A stretch of DNA of 64,000 nt from Deltaproteobacteria bacterium. Its GTDB lineage: Bacteria; Myxococcota; Kuafuiibacteriia; Kuafuiibacteriales; Kuafuiibacteriaceae. The DNA lies in assembly GCA_040218735.1 (NCBI GenBank), contig JAVJQW010000017.1, positions 224,001 through 288,000 on the forward strand, given 5' to 3'. Numbering within the stretch: position 1 is the stretch's first letter; every line of letters begins with the position of its first letter. Below, piece by piece: positions 1 through 9,573 of this stretch. Both the position numbers and the translations under genes were made by a program. Below the pieces are notes generated by a model. It was not told where the DNA came from, did no database searches, and saw nothing but the letters and a program-made list of their open reading frames with translations.

Positions 1-713
1 GGCACCTCCAGCCACTTCGTCGGCGTCGCGACGTAACAAGACGAGCCGTCCATCGTCCAAAGGCCCACCGTCGCCTCGGGCACCGGCGTCGTCCGGTCGA
101 GCCACACCGTCGCCGCACCGTAGAACCGCAGCGGATCCCACAGCACCGCGCCGCCGAACGACAGACCGAAGCCCGTCCCCGGCAGCACCTGCGTGCCGAC
201 GCGCGCCCCCGCGCGGAAGTCGAGGCGCGGCAGCGGGATGCCGAACACGATCCCGGGCGCGCGCAGCCCGTCTTGGTCGAGCGGAGGTCGACCAGGCGCG
301 CGCGCCGGCTTCGGTGGCGCCGTCGAAGTCTCGGTCTCTTCGACCGGCTCTTCCTCGGTCGGCTGCGCCCACGAGATCGCCGCCGGGTCGATCGCCATCG
401 CGACGACGAGCGCCGTGACGTCGACGATCGAGGCGCACGAGGTCTCGCCCTCCTCGGACTGAACCGTTCGCTCGTGATGGCGCCCGTCGTCGTCGACGGT
501 GTCGATGCGCACCGTGTAGCGCCCGCCGGCCGCGGTTGCGGTCGCCGTGACCTCGAGCGCGCGGTCGAAGGTCTCGTCGAGCGAGCGACCGAGCAGCAGC
601 TCGATTCGATCGACGACGACCTGGCGCTCGGGACAAACCTCGGGGGCGCGCCAGTCGAACGTGACGGGCCCGCTCGCTCCCACCACGAGCAGCGTAATCA
701 GCTCAGGCGTCAT
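1..713 (-). CDS. Myxobacterial-type exported hypothetical protein (3' end runs off window)
   Basis: Hand-translated from ATG at 713: MTPELITLLVVGASGPVTFDWRAPEVCP...SCASIVDVTALVVAMAIDP, then a Pro/Glu linker and a beta-strand-like region. The frame is open to the window edge and overlaps the end of the upstream gene. Confidence 0.7.
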   Translation of the reverse strand, partial: MTPELITLLVVGASGPVTFDWRAPEVCPERQVVVDRIELLLGRSLDETFDRALEVTATATAAGGRYTVRIDTVDDDGRHHERTVQSEEGETSCASIVDVTALVVAMAIDPAAISWAQPTEEEPVEETETSTAPPKPARAPGRPPLDQDGLRAPGIVFGIPLPRLDFRAGARVGTQVLPGTGFGLSFGGAVLWDPLRFYGAATVWLDRTTPVPEATVGLWTMDGSSCYVATPTKWLEV

Positions 714-1101
714 CACAGGTGCAGGCCGACTGAATCCTCAGGTAGAGCGTGCCCTCGCCGTCGACCACGACGGCCTGAGGCTCGCGGTCCGTGACGTCCC
801 CCGACGCACATTGCAAGCGAAGTTGCGCGAGGTACTTTCCTTCGGCGAGGTGCAGGACGTGCCCGTCGAAGATCCCGTCGCGGTTGGCGAGGAGCTTGAA
901 GCTCCGCAGCAGATCCCCGTCCTGCTCGAGCGCGACCGTCGCGTAGCGCACGCACTTGGGGTCGGTGGGCTGCGGAACGAAGCGAACCTCGTGACGCATC
1001 ATCTGGGGGAGGAACAACGCAGCGCCGCCGATCAGCCCGAGGAGGGCGACGGGGCGTGCGAGGCGTCGTCGCCAACCCGCGACCTGTCCGTCTTCGGTCA
1101 A
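703..1101 (-). CDS. Hypothetical membrane-anchored protein
   Basis: 132 aa with one N-terminal TM segment and paired cysteines; 4-bp overlap with the upstream gene. Confidence 0.65.
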   Translation of the reverse strand: MTEDGQVAGWRRRLARPVALLGLIGGAALFLPQMMRHEVRFVPQPTDPKCVRYATVALEQDGDLLRSFKLLANRDGIFDGHVLHLAEGKYLAQLRLQCASGDVTDREPQAVVVDGEGTLYLRIQSACTCDDA

Positions 1102-1604
1102 TGCCCCTCGCCGTCGTGCGGACGTCCGCTCGCCGACAGATCCGTCGTGGCGTCGCCGTCCGGTTCGAGGTCTTCGGGTTGCTCCTCGAGGACGTCTCGC
1201 CCCGACGGGTCGCGCACCGACACCTTCGAGCCAGCGTCGACCTCCGGCTTCACGGCGCGACCGTCGCCGGTGGGTTTGAACGACACACTCGCGTTCACCT
1301 CGACGCGGAGCTGCGTCAGGATCTTCACCGCCTCGGAGGAGATGTCCGTCGCGCGCAGGAAGTCGCCGACCTCCTTCGCGATGACACGAACCGCCTGCTC
1401 CTTGCCGCGCTCCCCCTGCTGCAGCAGGTAGCTGATCGCATCACGCCCGGCGGTCTGGGTGTTCTGGACCTGCCCGACGGTGTTCTCGATGGCCTTCTTC
1501 ACGATGTCCGCGATGACGGGGCGATAACGCTCCCGCCGGCGGAACATCTCGTCGTCATCTTCGGCGAAGACGTCTTCGAGTCTCTCTTCGGTCTCTTCAC
1601 TCAT
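1098..1604 (-). CDS. Hypothetical cytoplasmic protein
   Basis: 168 aa with acidic termini and a helical core (EVGDFLRATDISSEAVKILTQLRVEVNASVSF); tightly packed in the operon. Confidence 0.75.
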   Translation of the reverse strand: MSEETEERLEDVFAEDDDEMFRRRERYRPVIADIVKKAIENTVGQVQNTQTAGRDAISYLLQQGERGKEQAVRVIAKEVGDFLRATDISSEAVKILTQLRVEVNASVSFKPTGDGRAVKPEVDAGSKVSVRDPSGRDVLEEQPEDLEPDGDATTDLSASGRPHDGEGH

Positions 1605-1612
1605 CTCGCACC

Positions 1613-2026
1613 TCAGAACGCTTCGATTTCGAAGTAGGGCTCGTTGGAGCGGCGCCCTGCCCCGTCCTCGAGCACCACGCCGATCTTCACGCGGTCTCCT
1701 ACCGCCACCTCGTCGATCAACCTTACGATGATGTCGATCTGCCCTTCCGTGGCGTCGGGGGCAAGCGGCGGGGACTGCTGCTCGAACACATCGGCCATCG
1801 GCAACGTCGCGTTTTTGTCCCCGTTGATCCTCAGCTCCAGCACACCCTGCGCGAGGTCGCCGTCCGTGTCCTCGAAGGCCACCTGGACCTCCAGCGCCAG
1901 CGGATCCTGCGGGCTCTGCTGCAAGAGCCGCAGACGCGCCACACGCGGGCGCCCCGGCTCCCAGTCGTTGGGGTCGTCACCGCACCCCAACAGGGCCAGC
2001 AGCCCCCACAGCATCAGCCTCCGCAC
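1613..2026 (-). CDS. Hypothetical lipoprotein
   Basis: Signal peptide with lipobox LLGC; beta-rich Ig-like mature part. Confidence 0.75.
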   Translation of the reverse strand: MRRLMLWGLLALLGCGDDPNDWEPGRPRVARLRLLQQSPQDPLALEVQVAFEDTDGDLAQGVLELRINGDKNATLPMADVFEQQSPPLAPDATEGQIDIIVRLIDEVAVGDRVKIGVVLEDGAGRRSNEPYFEIEAF

Positions 2027-2038
2027 GACCGTTTCATT

Positions 2039-2644
2039 CTACTCGACGTCCACGATCCGCCAACGACCATCCTCACGGACGAAGCGCACCGCTCGGTGCT
2101 CCGCGTAGGCCAGAACCGCCGTCTCCCCCTCGACCCGCGCCGCCGGGACGGCCTCCCCGAGCGCCTCCCGGGCCGCCGAAAGGCGCGGCTTCACGGCCTC
2201 GACGTGCGCCGCCAGCGCCGCGTCCGTCGCGAGGCGCTGCGCCGCCGCCTTGGGCAGCACCCGGCGCACCACGTCCCATCGCGCGTGGTCCAGCGCCCAC
2301 CACAGCGTCTTCAGCGCCGCCGCGGGGGTGTCCGAGCGCAGGGCCTCGACACCTCCGCTCGCGACGCGCCAACCGCCGTCCTCCTCGACGAGCACGACCT
2401 CGCGGCCGTCTTCGAGCACCACCACGTGCCGACGCTGGACGGGGACCCCGAGCTCGGGGGCGTCCGCGCCGCGCTCCGCGAGCGCCTCCGCGGACGCCGC
2501 CTCCCGCGTGGCCCGGTCCGAGAGTCGGTGCACCGTCGCCCAATCCTCGGCGGCGACCGCGCGACGGTAGGCGTCCAGCGTGTCCTCGGGACCCGGCGTG
2601 CTGCACGCGGCGACGAACAACAGCGCGAGCGCGCCGCGTTTCAC
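2039..2644 (-). CDS. Hypothetical lipoprotein (two NTF2-like repeats)
   Basis: GTG at 2644 overlaps the pyrC' stop (GTGA). Lipobox VAAC. Both halves end in a similar motif (LVEEDGGWRV / FVREDGRWRI). Confidence 0.75.
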   Translation of the reverse strand: MKRGALALLFVAACSTPGPEDTLDAYRRAVAAEDWATVHRLSDRATREAASAEALAERGADAPELGVPVQRRHVVVLEDGREVVLVEEDGGWRVASGGVEALRSDTPAAALKTLWWALDHARWDVVRRVLPKAAAQRLATDAALAAHVEAVKPRLSAAREALGEAVPAARVEGETAVLAYAEHRAVRFVREDGRWRIVDVE

Positions 2645-3921
2645 CGAGGCGCCTCGTAGGTCACCACACCCTGCGCGATCGTGAGCGCGGCGCGCCCGAC
2701 GAACCGGCGCCCGAGCAACGGCGTGTTGCGCGACTTGGAGTACGTTTGCTCGAAGCGCCATTCGACCTCGCGATCGATCAACGTCAGATCGGCCGGCCCG
2801 CCTTCCCGCAGCCGCCCCAGGTCCAACCGCTGCAGCACGTTCGCCGGCGCCCGCGTCATCGTGGTGATCGCGCGCTCGAGCGTGAGGCGCTTGTCGCTCA
2901 CGAGCGCGAGCATCACCGGGAGCATCGTCTCCAGCCCCGTCGCGCCCGGCGCCGCCCAGTCGAGCTCCACGTTCTTCTCGATCTCGATCTGTGGGTTGTG
3001 GTCACTCGCGACGCAGTCGATCGTGCCGTCGGCGAGCCCCGTGATCACTGCGTCGACGTCCGACCGCGGGCGCAGCGGCGGGAACACCTTCGCCGCGGTG
3101 TCGTAGCCGAGCACCGCCTCGTCCGTGAGGAGCAAGTGCAGCGGCGACACGTCCGCGGTCACGCGAATCCCGCGCTTCTTGGCCTGACGGATCAGCTCGA
3201 CACCCGCCGCCGTCGAGACGTGCCCGATGTGCAGCCGCGACCCGGTGAGCTCCGCGATCGCGAGGTCCCGCGAGATCCCGACGACCTCCGCCGCGCCCGG
3301 CGCGCCCGACAACCCGAGCCGCGCCGAGACCAGGCCCTCGTGCATGACCCCGCCGAGCGACAGCGACTCGTCCTCCGCGTGCGTCATGATCGGCGTACCG
3401 ACGTCCCCTGCGGTCTCCATCGCGTACCGCAACAGCTGGCTGTCCTTCACCGAGCGGTCGCCGTCGGTGAACAAGACACACCCCGCCGCGGACAGCTTCG
3501 CCATCTCCGCGAGGCGCTCGCCCTCGCGCCCGACGGAGAGCGCACCGGCCGGAAGGACACGCGTCGTCCCCGCCGCGCGCCCGCGCGCGAGGATCAGCTC
3601 GACGACCTCGACACGATCCACCGTGGGCTTCGTGGTCGGGAGCGCGACGAAGGTCGTGACCCCGCCCGCGGCAGCGGCGGCGGCGGCGGTCGCGATGCTC
3701 TCGCGGCTGGTGAAGCCTGGCTCACACGCGTGCACGCGCAGGTCGACGAGGCCGGGGACGAGCAGCTTGCCGCCGCCGTCGATCACCCGGTCGGCCATCA
3801 CCTCCGCGGAGGCGTCGAGCGAGCCGATCGCGGCCCCGTCGAGCACGACGTTGCGCGCGTCGGCGTCTACGCCGGCGCCCGGGTCGAAGAGGCGGACGTT
3901 CTTGAGCAGCGTCGTGCTCAT
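2641..3921 (-). CDS. pyrC: Dihydroorotase-like protein, probably inactive PyrC' subunit of aspartate carbamoyltransferase
   Basis: Start at ATG 3921 (MSTTLLKNVRLFDP). Amidohydrolase motifs PGLVD, GGVTT, HAED, HVST and PPLR are present, but metal/substrate residues are altered (DLRVHACEPG, LPTT, KVFPPLR, SDHNPQ). Overlaps the pyrB stop. Confidence 0.9.
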   Translation of the reverse strand: MSTTLLKNVRLFDPGAGVDADARNVVLDGAAIGSLDASAEVMADRVIDGGGKLLVPGLVDLRVHACEPGFTSRESIATAAAAAAAGGVTTFVALPTTKPTVDRVEVVELILARGRAAGTTRVLPAGALSVGREGERLAEMAKLSAAGCVLFTDGDRSVKDSQLLRYAMETAGDVGTPIMTHAEDESLSLGGVMHEGLVSARLGLSGAPGAAEVVGISRDLAIAELTGSRLHIGHVSTAAGVELIRQAKKRGIRVTADVSPLHLLLTDEAVLGYDTAAKVFPPLRPRSDVDAVITGLADGTIDCVASDHNPQIEIEKNVELDWAAPGATGLETMLPVMLALVSDKRLTLERAITTMTRAPANVLQRLDLGRLREGGPADLTLIDREVEWRFEQTYSKSRNTPLLGRRFVGRAALTIAQGVVTYEAPR

Positions 3922-4928
3922 GCGCCCTCCGCCCACGGCCCCCGCCCCACCGCACGCTCGAGGACCGCCATGCGCACCGCGATCCCGTTGCGAACCTGGT
4001 GCGCGACGACCGAGGTCGGCCCGTCCGCGACCTCCGGATCGATCTCGATGCCGCGGTTCATCGGGCCGGGGTGCATCACGAAGGCCTCCGGTTTCATGCG
4101 CTCGGCGCGCGCGACCGTGAGTCCGTAGGTCCGGTTGTAGTCGCCGAGGCTCGGGAACGGCGGCGGGCCGACCATCCGCTCGAACTGCACGCGCAGCATC
4201 ATCACCGCGTCGGCGACGGGGATGATGTCGTCGACGTCGCGTACGATCGTGCCGCCGAGGGACTCCAAGGTTCGCGGCACCAGCGACCGCGGTCCGCACA
4301 ACAGCACCCGCGCGCCGAGCTTGGTCAGGAGGAACAGGTCGGAGCGCGCCACGCGCGAGTGCGCGATGTCGCCGACGATCGCGATCGTCCGCCCCTGCAG
4401 GCTCTCCAACCGATCGAGCAGCGTCATCGCGTCGAGGAGCGCTTGCGTGGGGTGTTCGTGCGCGCCGTCGCCCGCGTTCACCACCGCGGTTCGACCGACG
4501 CTCTCCGCCGCGGCCGCGAGCAGGTGCGGCGCCCCCGGGCTGGAGTGACGGCAGACGAGCGCGCCGGGCTCCATCGCGGCGAGCGTGCGGCCAGTGTCCC
4601 AGACCGTCTCGCCCTTCTTCACCGACGACGACGACGACGCGATGCTGACGATCGTCGCGCCGAGGTTCTGGGCGGCGATCTCGAACGACGCGCGCGTCCG
4701 GGTGCTCGCCTCGTAGAAGAGCGTGACGACGGACTCACCGGCGAGCGGGCGCTCATCGGCGCGACCGAGCTTCGCGTGCCGAAGCACCCGTGCGCGGTCG
4801 AGGATCTTCGTGCACTCTTCCGCGCTGAGCGGCTCGATCCCGAGGAGGTGGCGGTCTTCGCGCCGCGGAACGCGACGCGCGCGCGGGTCATCCAGCGAGG
4901 ACTTCGACGCGGCGTCGGTGTTCGCCAT
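3918..4928 (-). CDS. pyrB: Aspartate carbamoyltransferase catalytic subunit
   Basis: FYEASTRTRASFE, NAGDGAHEHPTQALLD, GDIAHSRVARS and MHPGPMNRG motifs. Confidence 0.97.
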   Translation of the reverse strand: MANTDAASKSSLDDPRARRVPRREDRHLLGIEPLSAEECTKILDRARVLRHAKLGRADERPLAGESVVTLFYEASTRTRASFEIAAQNLGATIVSIASSSSSVKKGETVWDTGRTLAAMEPGALVCRHSSPGAPHLLAAAAESVGRTAVVNAGDGAHEHPTQALLDAMTLLDRLESLQGRTIAIVGDIAHSRVARSDLFLLTKLGARVLLCGPRSLVPRTLESLGGTIVRDVDDIIPVADAVMMLRVQFERMVGPPPFPSLGDYNRTYGLTVARAERMKPEAFVMHPGPMNRGIEIDPEVADGPTSVVAHQVRNGIAVRMAVLERAVGRGPWAEGA

Positions 4929-4937
4929 GCTCGGCGA

Positions 4938-5387
4938 CTACCACTCGACCTGAGTCAAGTCGCCCTCGATCTTCTTCTCGAAGACAATGTGGGTCGTCTT
5001 CCCGATCAGGGGCCACTCGTAGTCGTCCTCGTAGAAGAACTCGATGACACACAGCTTGCCGCGCTTGGCCTGGAAGCTGTCCGTCTTCTGATTCCGCGCC
5101 GTCAGCTCCTCGGGCGTGAACTTGACGCGCGAGAAGCGAAAGTTGTCCTTGGTGATCCGCAACCCCGTGCGCCGCGCGTTCTGGACGAGCTTCTCGACCA
5201 GCTCTTCGTCGTCGAGGATTCGGTAGGCCTCGTTGCAGCCCGTCTGCATGATCCCCCCCATCTGGAAGCTGGGCCACCAGACAGGGATCGCAAACCACAA
5301 CAGGTACGCGATGATCAGAACGATGATGGTCACCGTCACCGAAACGGCGTTGATCCGTTTCGGTTTCTTCATCGCGTAGATGTTCAT
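4938..5387 (-). CDS. Hypothetical single-TM membrane protein
   Basis: 149 aa; basic N-terminus followed by a TM helix; fills the gap between sucD and pyrB. Confidence 0.75.
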   Translation of the reverse strand: MNIYAMKKPKRINAVSVTVTIIVLIIAYLLWFAIPVWWPSFQMGGIMQTGCNEAYRILDDEELVEKLVQNARRTGLRITKDNFRFSRVKFTPEELTARNQKTDSFQAKRGKLCVIEFFYEDDYEWPLIGKTTHIVFEKKIEGDLTQVEW

Positions 5388-5402
5388 CGCTGACCTCGGA
5401 CT

Positions 5403-6275
5403 CTAACCCATCGCCGCCTGCATCGTGACCCCCAGGTCCGCAGGCGTCGGCGCCACCTTCACCCCGGCCGCCTCGAGCGCCGCGATCTTTTCGGCCGCGG
5501 TGCCCTTGCCGCCGGAGATGATCGCACCAGCGTGCCCCATCCGCTTGCCGGGCGGGGCCGTCGTGCCGGCGACGAAGCCGGTGACCGGCTTCTTCATCTC
5601 GGACTTGATGAAGTCCGCCGCGGTCTCCTCGGCCGTGCCACCGATCTCACCGATCATGATGACGCCGTCCGTATCCGGGTCCGCGTTGAACGCCTCCAGG
5701 CAGTCCACGAAGTTGGTGCCGTTGACCGGGTCGCCGCCGATGCCGACGCACGTCGACTGACCGATCCCCAGCGCCGTCAGCTGCCCGACCGCCTCGTACG
5801 TCAACGTGCCGGAGCGCGAGACGACGCCGATGCGACCGGCCTTGTGGATGTGGCCGGGCATGATCCCGATCTTGCACGCGTCCGGCGTGATGATGCCGGG
5901 GCAGTTCGGGCCGATCATCCGCGACTTCGACGTCTCCATCACCCGCGCGACCTTCACCATGTCGAGGATCGGGATGCCCTCCGTGATGACGACGATCAGC
6001 TCGATCTCCGCCTCGACCGCCTCGAGGATCGCGTCCGCCGCGAACTTCGGCGGGACGAAGATCGCCGTCGCGTTCGCGCCGGTCTCTTCCTTCGCCTTCA
6101 CGACCGTGTCGAACACCGGGACCTTGTCCTCGAACCGCTGGCCGCCCTTACCGGGCGTGACACCACCGACGATGTTCGTGCCGTACTCGAGCATCTGCTG
6201 CGCGTGGAACGAGCCCGCACCGCCCGTGATGCCCTGAACCAGGAGCTTCGTGTCGTTGTTTACCCAGATGGCCAC
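5403..6275 (-). CDS. sucD: Succinyl-CoA synthetase alpha subunit
   Basis: [28 protein letters not shown] and KRMGHAGA (phospho-His) motifs. Confidence 0.98.
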   Translation of the reverse strand: MAIWVNNDTKLLVQGITGGAGSFHAQQMLEYGTNIVGGVTPGKGGQRFEDKVPVFDTVVKAKEETGANATAIFVPPKFAADAILEAVEAEIELIVVITEGIPILDMVKVARVMETSKSRMIGPNCPGIITPDACKIGIMPGHIHKAGRIGVVSRSGTLTYEAVGQLTALGIGQSTCVGIGGDPVNGTNFVDCLEAFNADPDTDGVIMIGEIGGTAEETAADFIKSEMKKPVTGFVAGTTAPPGKRMGHAGAIISGGKGTAAEKIAALEAAGVKVAPTPADLGVTMQAAMG

Positions 6276-6279
6276 GTCT

Positions 6280-7464
6280 TCAGGATCCCTTCTTCGCCCG
6301 CGCTTCGGCGGCCAGCTTCACGACCTTCTCGGCCGCGTCGAGCATGTTGTCGGCCGAGACGAGCGCGAGGCCCGACTCCGCCAGCATCTTCTTGCCGAGC
6401 TCCACGTTCGTGCCCTCGAGCCGCACCACGACCGGCACCTCGATCGACGACTCACGCGCCGCTCGGATGACGCCGTCCGCGATGACGTCGCACTTCATGA
6501 TCCCGCCGAAGATGTTCACGAGCACCGCCTCGACCTTCGGGTCGCGCAGGATGATCGTGAACGCCGCCTTCACCTTCTCCGCCGTGGCGCCGCCGCCGAC
6601 GTCCAGGAAGTTCGCCGGCTCGCCGCCGCAGTGTTTGATGATGTCCATCGTGGCCATCGCCAGGCCGGCGCCGTTCACCATGCAACCCACGTTGCCGTCG
6701 AGCGCGATGTACGAGAGGTCGTAGCGCTTCGCCTCCGTCTCCTTGGGGTCCTCTTCGTCGAGGTCCCGCAGCTCGGTGATGTCCGAGTGCCTGAAGAGCG
6801 CGTTGTCGTCGAAGTTCATCTTCGCGTCGAGCGCGAGGAGGTCGCCGTCCTTCGTGATGATCAACGGGTTGATCTCCACGATCGACGCGTCGAGCTCCAC
6901 GTACGCGCGGTACAGCGCCATGCACAGCTTCGTCGCCTTGCCGACGAGCTTGGCGTCGAGCCCCATCCCGAACACGAGGCGACGCACCTGGTTCGGCATC
7001 AGGCCAGTCACCGGATCGACCGCGACCTTGTGGATCTTCTCCGGGGTCTTTGCCGCGACCTCCTCGATGTCCATGCCGCCCTCGCTGGACGCCATCAGCA
7101 CCACGCGCTTCGTCGCGCGGTCGAGGACGAGGCCCATGTAGAGCTCCTTCTCGATCGCGACGCCCTCCTCGACGAGGAGACGCTTGACCTCCTGCCCCTC
7201 GGGGTCGGTCTGGTGCGTCACGAGCGTCATGCCGAGCATCTCGGCGGCCTTCGCCTTGGCCTCGTCGACCGACGGCACCACCTTGACGCCTCCGCCCTTG
7301 CCGCGGCCGCCCGCGTGGATCTGAGCCTTCACGACGACGGGCGTCGTCCCGAGGCTCTTGGCGACCTCGTAGGCCTGCTCCGGTGACGTCGCCAGACGCC
7401 CGGCGGGCGTGGGGACACCGAACTTCTGGAGGAGCTCTTTGGCTTGGTATTCGTGGATCTTCAT
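6280..7464 (-). CDS. sucC: Succinyl-CoA synthetase beta subunit
   Basis: [42 protein letters not shown] and [10 protein letters not shown] motifs. Confidence 0.98.
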   Translation of the reverse strand: MKIHEYQAKELLQKFGVPTPAGRLATSPEQAYEVAKSLGTTPVVVKAQIHAGGRGKGGGVKVVPSVDEAKAKAAEMLGMTLVTHQTDPEGQEVKRLLVEEGVAIEKELYMGLVLDRATKRVVLMASSEGGMDIEEVAAKTPEKIHKVAVDPVTGLMPNQVRRLVFGMGLDAKLVGKATKLCMALYRAYVELDASIVEINPLIITKDGDLLALDAKMNFDDNALFRHSDITELRDLDEEDPKETEAKRYDLSYIALDGNVGCMVNGAGLAMATMDIIKHCGGEPANFLDVGGGATAEKVKAAFTIILRDPKVEAVLVNIFGGIMKCDVIADGVIRAARESSIEVPVVVRLEGTNVELGKKMLAESGLALVSADNMLDAAEKVVKLAAEARAKKGS

Positions 7465-7524
7465 GAGCGCTTTTGGGCCTTCGGGAGGCCTTCTACGCCG
7501 TCACGGCGCGTCGAGCAACCGCGC

Positions 7525-8835
7525 TCAGAAGAAGACGTGGGACAGCGCCACCGCCGCGGTGATCCCCGTGAGATCCGCCGCCAGACACGACAAGACGGTG
7601 TAGCGCGAGGCGCGTACGCCGATCGCCCCGAAGTACACCGCGAGCACGTAGAACGTGGTCTCGGTGCTCCCGCTCATCGTGCTGACCACGAACGACGCGA
7701 AGCTGTTCGGCCCCGTCGTCTTCATGGTCTCCGTGACGACCCCGAGGGCGCCGCTGCCGGAGAGCGGGCGGATGATCGCCATCGGTAGCGCCTCGGGCGG
7801 GAAGCCCAGCGGCCCGAGGATGGGCGTGAGCCCGGAGACGATCCACTCCATCGCGCCGCTCCCGCGGAACATCCCGATCGCCACGAGGATCGCGACCAGG
7901 AACGGGATCACCATGACGCCCACCTCGAAACCCTGCTTCGCGCCGCGCACGACCGACTCGTAGACGCGGATCTTCTTCACGAAGCCCACCAGGAGGATCG
8001 CCACGAGGAGGATCGGCAGGATCCAGTCGGCGGAGAGGACCTTGATGACGTCGAGGACCGACTCCGTCGCGACCTGGCGGTTCACTTCGCTGCCGAGCCC
8101 GAACGCGAGCACCCCCACCACGAGCATCGCGAGGATCAGGCGAACAGGGTGGCTGTGGGTGGTCTCGGACGCGAGCTTTTCGGCGTCGCCGAGGCCCTTG
8201 ATGTCGGCGGCGTCCTTCACCTCGCCCGCCTCCACGTCGCCGTACTTGTCGGCGGCGAAGAAGCCGAGGTTTTGGAGCGTCTTCGCGACGATGATCCCCA
8301 CGACCGTCGAGCACATCGTCGCGAGGATCGTCGGGAAGAAGATGCCCGTCGCGTTGTCGGCGCCCATCGCGGCGCGCACCGCGATCGCGCCGGTGGGGAG
8401 CACCGCGACGCCCGAGGTGTTGATCGTGAGGAACAGGCACATCGCGTTCGTCGCGACGCCCGGGCGATCGTTGAGCTTGTTCAGCTCGATCATCGCCTTG
8501 ATGCCGAACGGCGTCGCGGCGTTGGTCAGGCCCATCATGTTGGCCGCGATGTTCATGATCATCGCGCCGAGCGCGGGGTGGTCCTCCGGGATGTCGGGGA
8601 ACAGACGCGACATCACCGGCTTCAGCGCGCGCGCGATCGCGCCCATCATCCCGGCGTCCTGCAGGATCTGAAAGACGCCGAGCCACAGCGCCATCTGGCC
8701 GATCAGGCTGATCGAGATGTCGACGGCGGTCTTCGCCATCGCGATGGACTGCGCCGAGACCTCGCCCATGGTGCCGGCGAGGGCGCCCGTCACGGTGGCG
8801 ACGAGGATCAGTCCGAGGAAGAGCCAGTTGAGCAA
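7525..8835 (-). CDS. Fused SpmA/SpmB-like (nucleoside-recognition Gate domain) membrane protein
   Basis: SpmA motifs (RLFPDIP, ANMMGLTNAATPFGIKAM, INTSGV) and SpmB motifs (RPLSGSGA, GSTETTFYVLAVYFG) in one ORF; TTG start. Confidence 0.9.
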   Translation of the reverse strand: MLNWLFLGLILVATVTGALAGTMGEVSAQSIAMAKTAVDISISLIGQMALWLGVFQILQDAGMMGAIARALKPVMSRLFPDIPEDHPALGAMIMNIAANMMGLTNAATPFGIKAMIELNKLNDRPGVATNAMCLFLTINTSGVAVLPTGAIAVRAAMGADNATGIFFPTILATMCSTVVGIIVAKTLQNLGFFAADKYGDVEAGEVKDAADIKGLGDAEKLASETTHSHPVRLILAMLVVGVLAFGLGSEVNRQVATESVLDVIKVLSADWILPILLVAILLVGFVKKIRVYESVVRGAKQGFEVGVMVIPFLVAILVAIGMFRGSGAMEWIVSGLTPILGPLGFPPEALPMAIIRPLSGSGALGVVTETMKTTGPNSFASFVVSTMSGSTETTFYVLAVYFGAIGVRASRYTVLSCLAADLTGITAAVALSHVFF

Positions 8836-8850
8836 GGTGGCCTACATAGC

Positions 8851-8890
8851 AAAAAAGCCCCCCTGGTGTTTCGACCAGGAGGGCTTCTTC
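8851..8890 (-). terminator. Rho-independent terminator of the TRL-like lipoprotein gene
   Basis: Minus strand AAGCCCTCCTGGT-cgaaac-ACCAGGGGGGCTT followed by a T run, about 50 nt after the stop at 8939. Confidence 0.85.
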
Positions 8891-8938
8891 GCGGTCAGCA
8901 CCCCCTGGGCAGGAGGTGCTCACTCGACTCTGCGGTGA

Positions 8939-9280
8939 TTACTGCGCGACCTGCGCGGCAACCGTCGTGCAGTACTTGCCGTACAGCCCGAGGATGTTGA
9001 GCGTCGGGTGGTCGACCGCGACGTTCTTCAGGGTCTTGCCCTCAGCGCCAGCCGCCTTGAGCGCCGCGTCGATCGACCAGTCGCCCAGCGCGATCGCGCC
9101 GAGGATGCTCATCGAGCACGACTCACCGCTGATGGCCGAGCCGCCGGGGTTCGTCGTCAGGCCAGTCTGGAAGCTGCCCGGGTGCTTCACGCTGGTGAAC
9201 AGCACGCCCGAGGGGCCAGCCGCACAGCCAACGACAACGAGAAACGCAGCAACGGCAACAAAAGCGAGTACCTTCTTCAT
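8939..9280 (-). CDS. TRL-like family lipoprotein
   Basis: Lipobox VVGC; GESCSMSILGAIALGDWSIDAA...VDH...ILGLYGKYCT pattern of TRL-like proteins; RBS AGGAG upstream. Confidence 0.85.
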   Translation of the reverse strand: MKKVLAFVAVAAFLVVVGCAAGPSGVLFTSVKHPGSFQTGLTTNPGGSAISGESCSMSILGAIALGDWSIDAALKAAGAEGKTLKNVAVDHPTLNILGLYGKYCTTVAAQVAQ

Positions 9281-9573
9281 CCCAATCTCCTAGTTTGATT
9301 CAGTTCGACGTCGAACGATTGAAGGATCCGCCCTTTCGCGTGACGGAGCCCCGTATGGCTGAGAAGTACGTCGTACGTATCGAAAACCTTCCTTCGCTCC
9401 GATACGACGATGCGACCCCCCCTCCGAATTGGGGGCGTCAATAACGTGCTTAAGCGTCGGCGTCTACCGCCCCACCCGAAAAAAGTTCGCGACGTGGGCC
9501 TCACGTCCCTGTCCTTCAGGAAAGGCCACAGAGCGCTCCAAACAGCCCAAAGGCGGCAAAATGCGGGGAGAGG

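Noticed and set aside
7525-8835. SpmA/SpmB as evidence of endospore formation
   Set aside because: Fused SpmAB-like proteins are widespread in non-endospore-formers, and there are no other sporulation genes here.
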